This document shows positions 62,845 to 64,000 of a stretch of 64,000 nt of DNA, in pieces. Position 1 is the stretch's first letter. Each line of letters opens with the position of its first letter. The stretch comes from Planctomycetota bacterium (lineage in GTDB: Bacteria > Planctomycetota > UBA1135 > UBA2386), in contig JAEUHQ010000059.1 of assembly GCA_016794565.1 (NCBI GenBank), forward strand, positions 16,723 through 80,722, written 5' to 3'. The notes below the pieces were generated by a model that was given only the letters and a program-made list of their open reading frames with translations, was not told the origin of the DNA and did not search any database. The translations under genes were made by a program, and so were the position numbers.

Positions 62845-62974
62845 ACGTCCGCTGGCGCGCCCTGCTGCGAGGCCGACGCAGCCCGAAGGTGTGGCAGCAC
62901 CAGCGGTTCGCGAGGCGGCGGCCCCGTGCCGCTCCGGCGCGCGCGACGCGTCGGCTCGCACTCCCGTGCAGGCT

Positions 62975-64000
62975 TCAGCCGCGCAGTCCGGCGGCCTGCA
63001 GCGCGGCGATCGCGGCCTGCGCAGCGTCGCGGAGCCTGCCCGGATCACGGCCCTTGCCCTGCGCGAACTCGGGCTTGCCGCCCCCGCCACCGCCGAGCAG
63101 CGTCGCCAGCGACTTCACGAGGTCGCCCGCCTTCAGCTTCCCGTGGAGCGACGGGCTCACGCCCACCGCGACGTGCACTTCGCCATCGACCGGACTCAGC
63201 ACGACCGCGACCAGCGGATCCATCGTCTTCGCGGCTCGCTTCCAGAGGTCCTGGGCATACGCGGGCAGGAGGCCCGGCCGTTCGTAGACGACGGTGTGCA
63301 CTCCCCCGTGCACGGTCGCCGCTCCGCGGATCTTCGCCAGTTCGACATCGAGGTCCGGCGCGAGCGCCTTTTCGAGGTCCTTCCTGGTCTTCTTCAGTTC
63401 GTCGGCGAGCTCCTGCACGCGGTCCACGACCTTGGCCGGCGCGACCTTCAGGTTGTTGGCCAGCGTCTGCAGGAGGTGGCGCTCCTGCCGGGCGGCGTCG
63501 AGTGCCACCGTGCCGGTCACTGCTTCGATCCGGCGCGTGCCGGCGGCCACGGCGGTCTCGGTCGTGATGCGGAAGAGCCCGATGTTGCCGCTGTTCCGGA
63601 CGTGGGTGCCGCCGCACAGCTCCTTGCTGAAGTCGCCGACCTGCAACGTGCGCACCTGCTCGCCGTACTTCTCGCCGAAGAGCGCCACGAACCCCGACGC
63701 GCGTGCTGCATCGAGCTTCTGCACGCGCGCCTGCACGTCGGTTGCCTGCAGGATCTGCGCGTTGACCTCGTTCTCGACGCGCTGCAGTTGTTCGGCGGTG
63801 GGCTTCTCCGGCTGCGTGTAGTCGAAGCGGAGCCGTTCCGGCGCGACTTCGCTGCCGGCCTGCGCGACGTGGTCGCCGAGCACCCGCTTCAGGGCCGCGT
63901 GCAGCAGGTGCGTCGCGGTGTGGTTGCGTTCGGTCGCGGACCGTGCGGTCTCGTCGACGGCGAACGTCGCCGGCTGGCCGGCTTCGACGTGCCCGCTCGT
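62975..64000 (-). CDS. alaS: alanine--tRNA ligase, C-terminal part (gene continues beyond window end)
   Basis: The reading frame is open to position 64000. It has the editing-domain motif HTATHLLHAALKRVLGDHVAQAGS, then CGGTHV, a coiled-coil region and the C-terminal DHHA1-like LGGGGGGKPEFAQG. Confidence 0.95.
   Translation of the reverse strand, partial: TSGHVEAGQPATFAVDETARSATERNHTATHLLHAALKRVLGDHVAQAGSEVAPERLRFDYTQPEKPTAEQLQRVENEVNAQILQATDVQARVQKLDAARASGFVALFGEKYGEQVRTLQVGDFSKELCGGTHVRNSGNIGLFRITTETAVAAGTRRIEAVTGTVALDAARQERHLLQTLANNLKVAPAKVVDRVQELADELKKTRKDLEKALAPDLDVELAKIRGAATVHGGVHTVVYERPGLLPAYAQDLWKRAAKTMDPLVAVVLSPVDGEVHVAVGVSPSLHGKLKAGDLVKSLATLLGGGGGGKPEFAQGKGRDPGRLRDAAQAAIAALQAAGLRG

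Overview
High-GC bacterial chromosomal segment (roughly 70% G+C by eye, not computed). It is densely packed, with about 55 protein genes, 2 tRNAs and 1 riboswitch, and is mostly core housekeeping.

Gene content in order:
- aroE 3' end
- an ECF sigma factor translationally coupled to a Ser/Thr kinase
- cca
- dxr-rseP-UbiA-type prenyltransferase
- purM
- an IMPase-family gene
- galE, a PfkB kinase and a PaaZ-type aldehyde dehydrogenase
- thiC behind a TPP riboswitch
- cvpA, purC, mtnA, ald-uppP
- tRNA-Val
- phoB-phoR-phoU
- an HtrA protease, an M32 carboxypeptidase and an Nfu-type Fe-S scaffold
- tRNA-Leu
- ddl and a ROK kinase
- the rpmF-plsX-fabH-fabG-acpP-fabF cluster, which has no fabD
- the 3' part of alaS

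I saw no rRNA, CRISPR array, transposase, integrase or phage gene. Many neighbouring genes are joined by 4-nt GTGA/ATGA/TTGA start-stop overlaps. The six-frame track contains many long Arg/Pro/Ala-rich shadow ORFs typical of high-GC DNA, and these were discarded. Many real genes start well inside the listed ORF, and start codons were re-picked from conserved N-termini. Lineage cannot be fixed from the sequence. The ECF-sigma/kinase pairing and the secreted HEAT and propeller proteins are reminiscent of Planctomycetota- or Myxococcota-like genomes, but that is inference only.

Loci most worth a second look:
1. Two adjacent large uncharacterised genes at 28.6-32.5 kb. The second ends in a DUF2325-like domain.
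2. An exported Gly-rich HEAT-repeat protein (15.1-17.2 kb) with atypical composition and a possible sigma-54 promoter.
3. A 13-blade, 47-aa-period propeller-like secreted protein (46.5-49.0 kb).
4. Five 11-nt phased CTTC-type direct repeats upstream of phoB, next to a ChpT-like degenerate histidine-kinase gene.
5. A tRNA-Val gene with C instead of the near-invariant U at position 33.
6. A co-directional galE/lipoprotein/DUF366/UPF0104/PfkB/ALDH gene run.

Nothing in the window can be shown from sequence alone to be a new system. All functional ideas for the hypothetical genes are inference.
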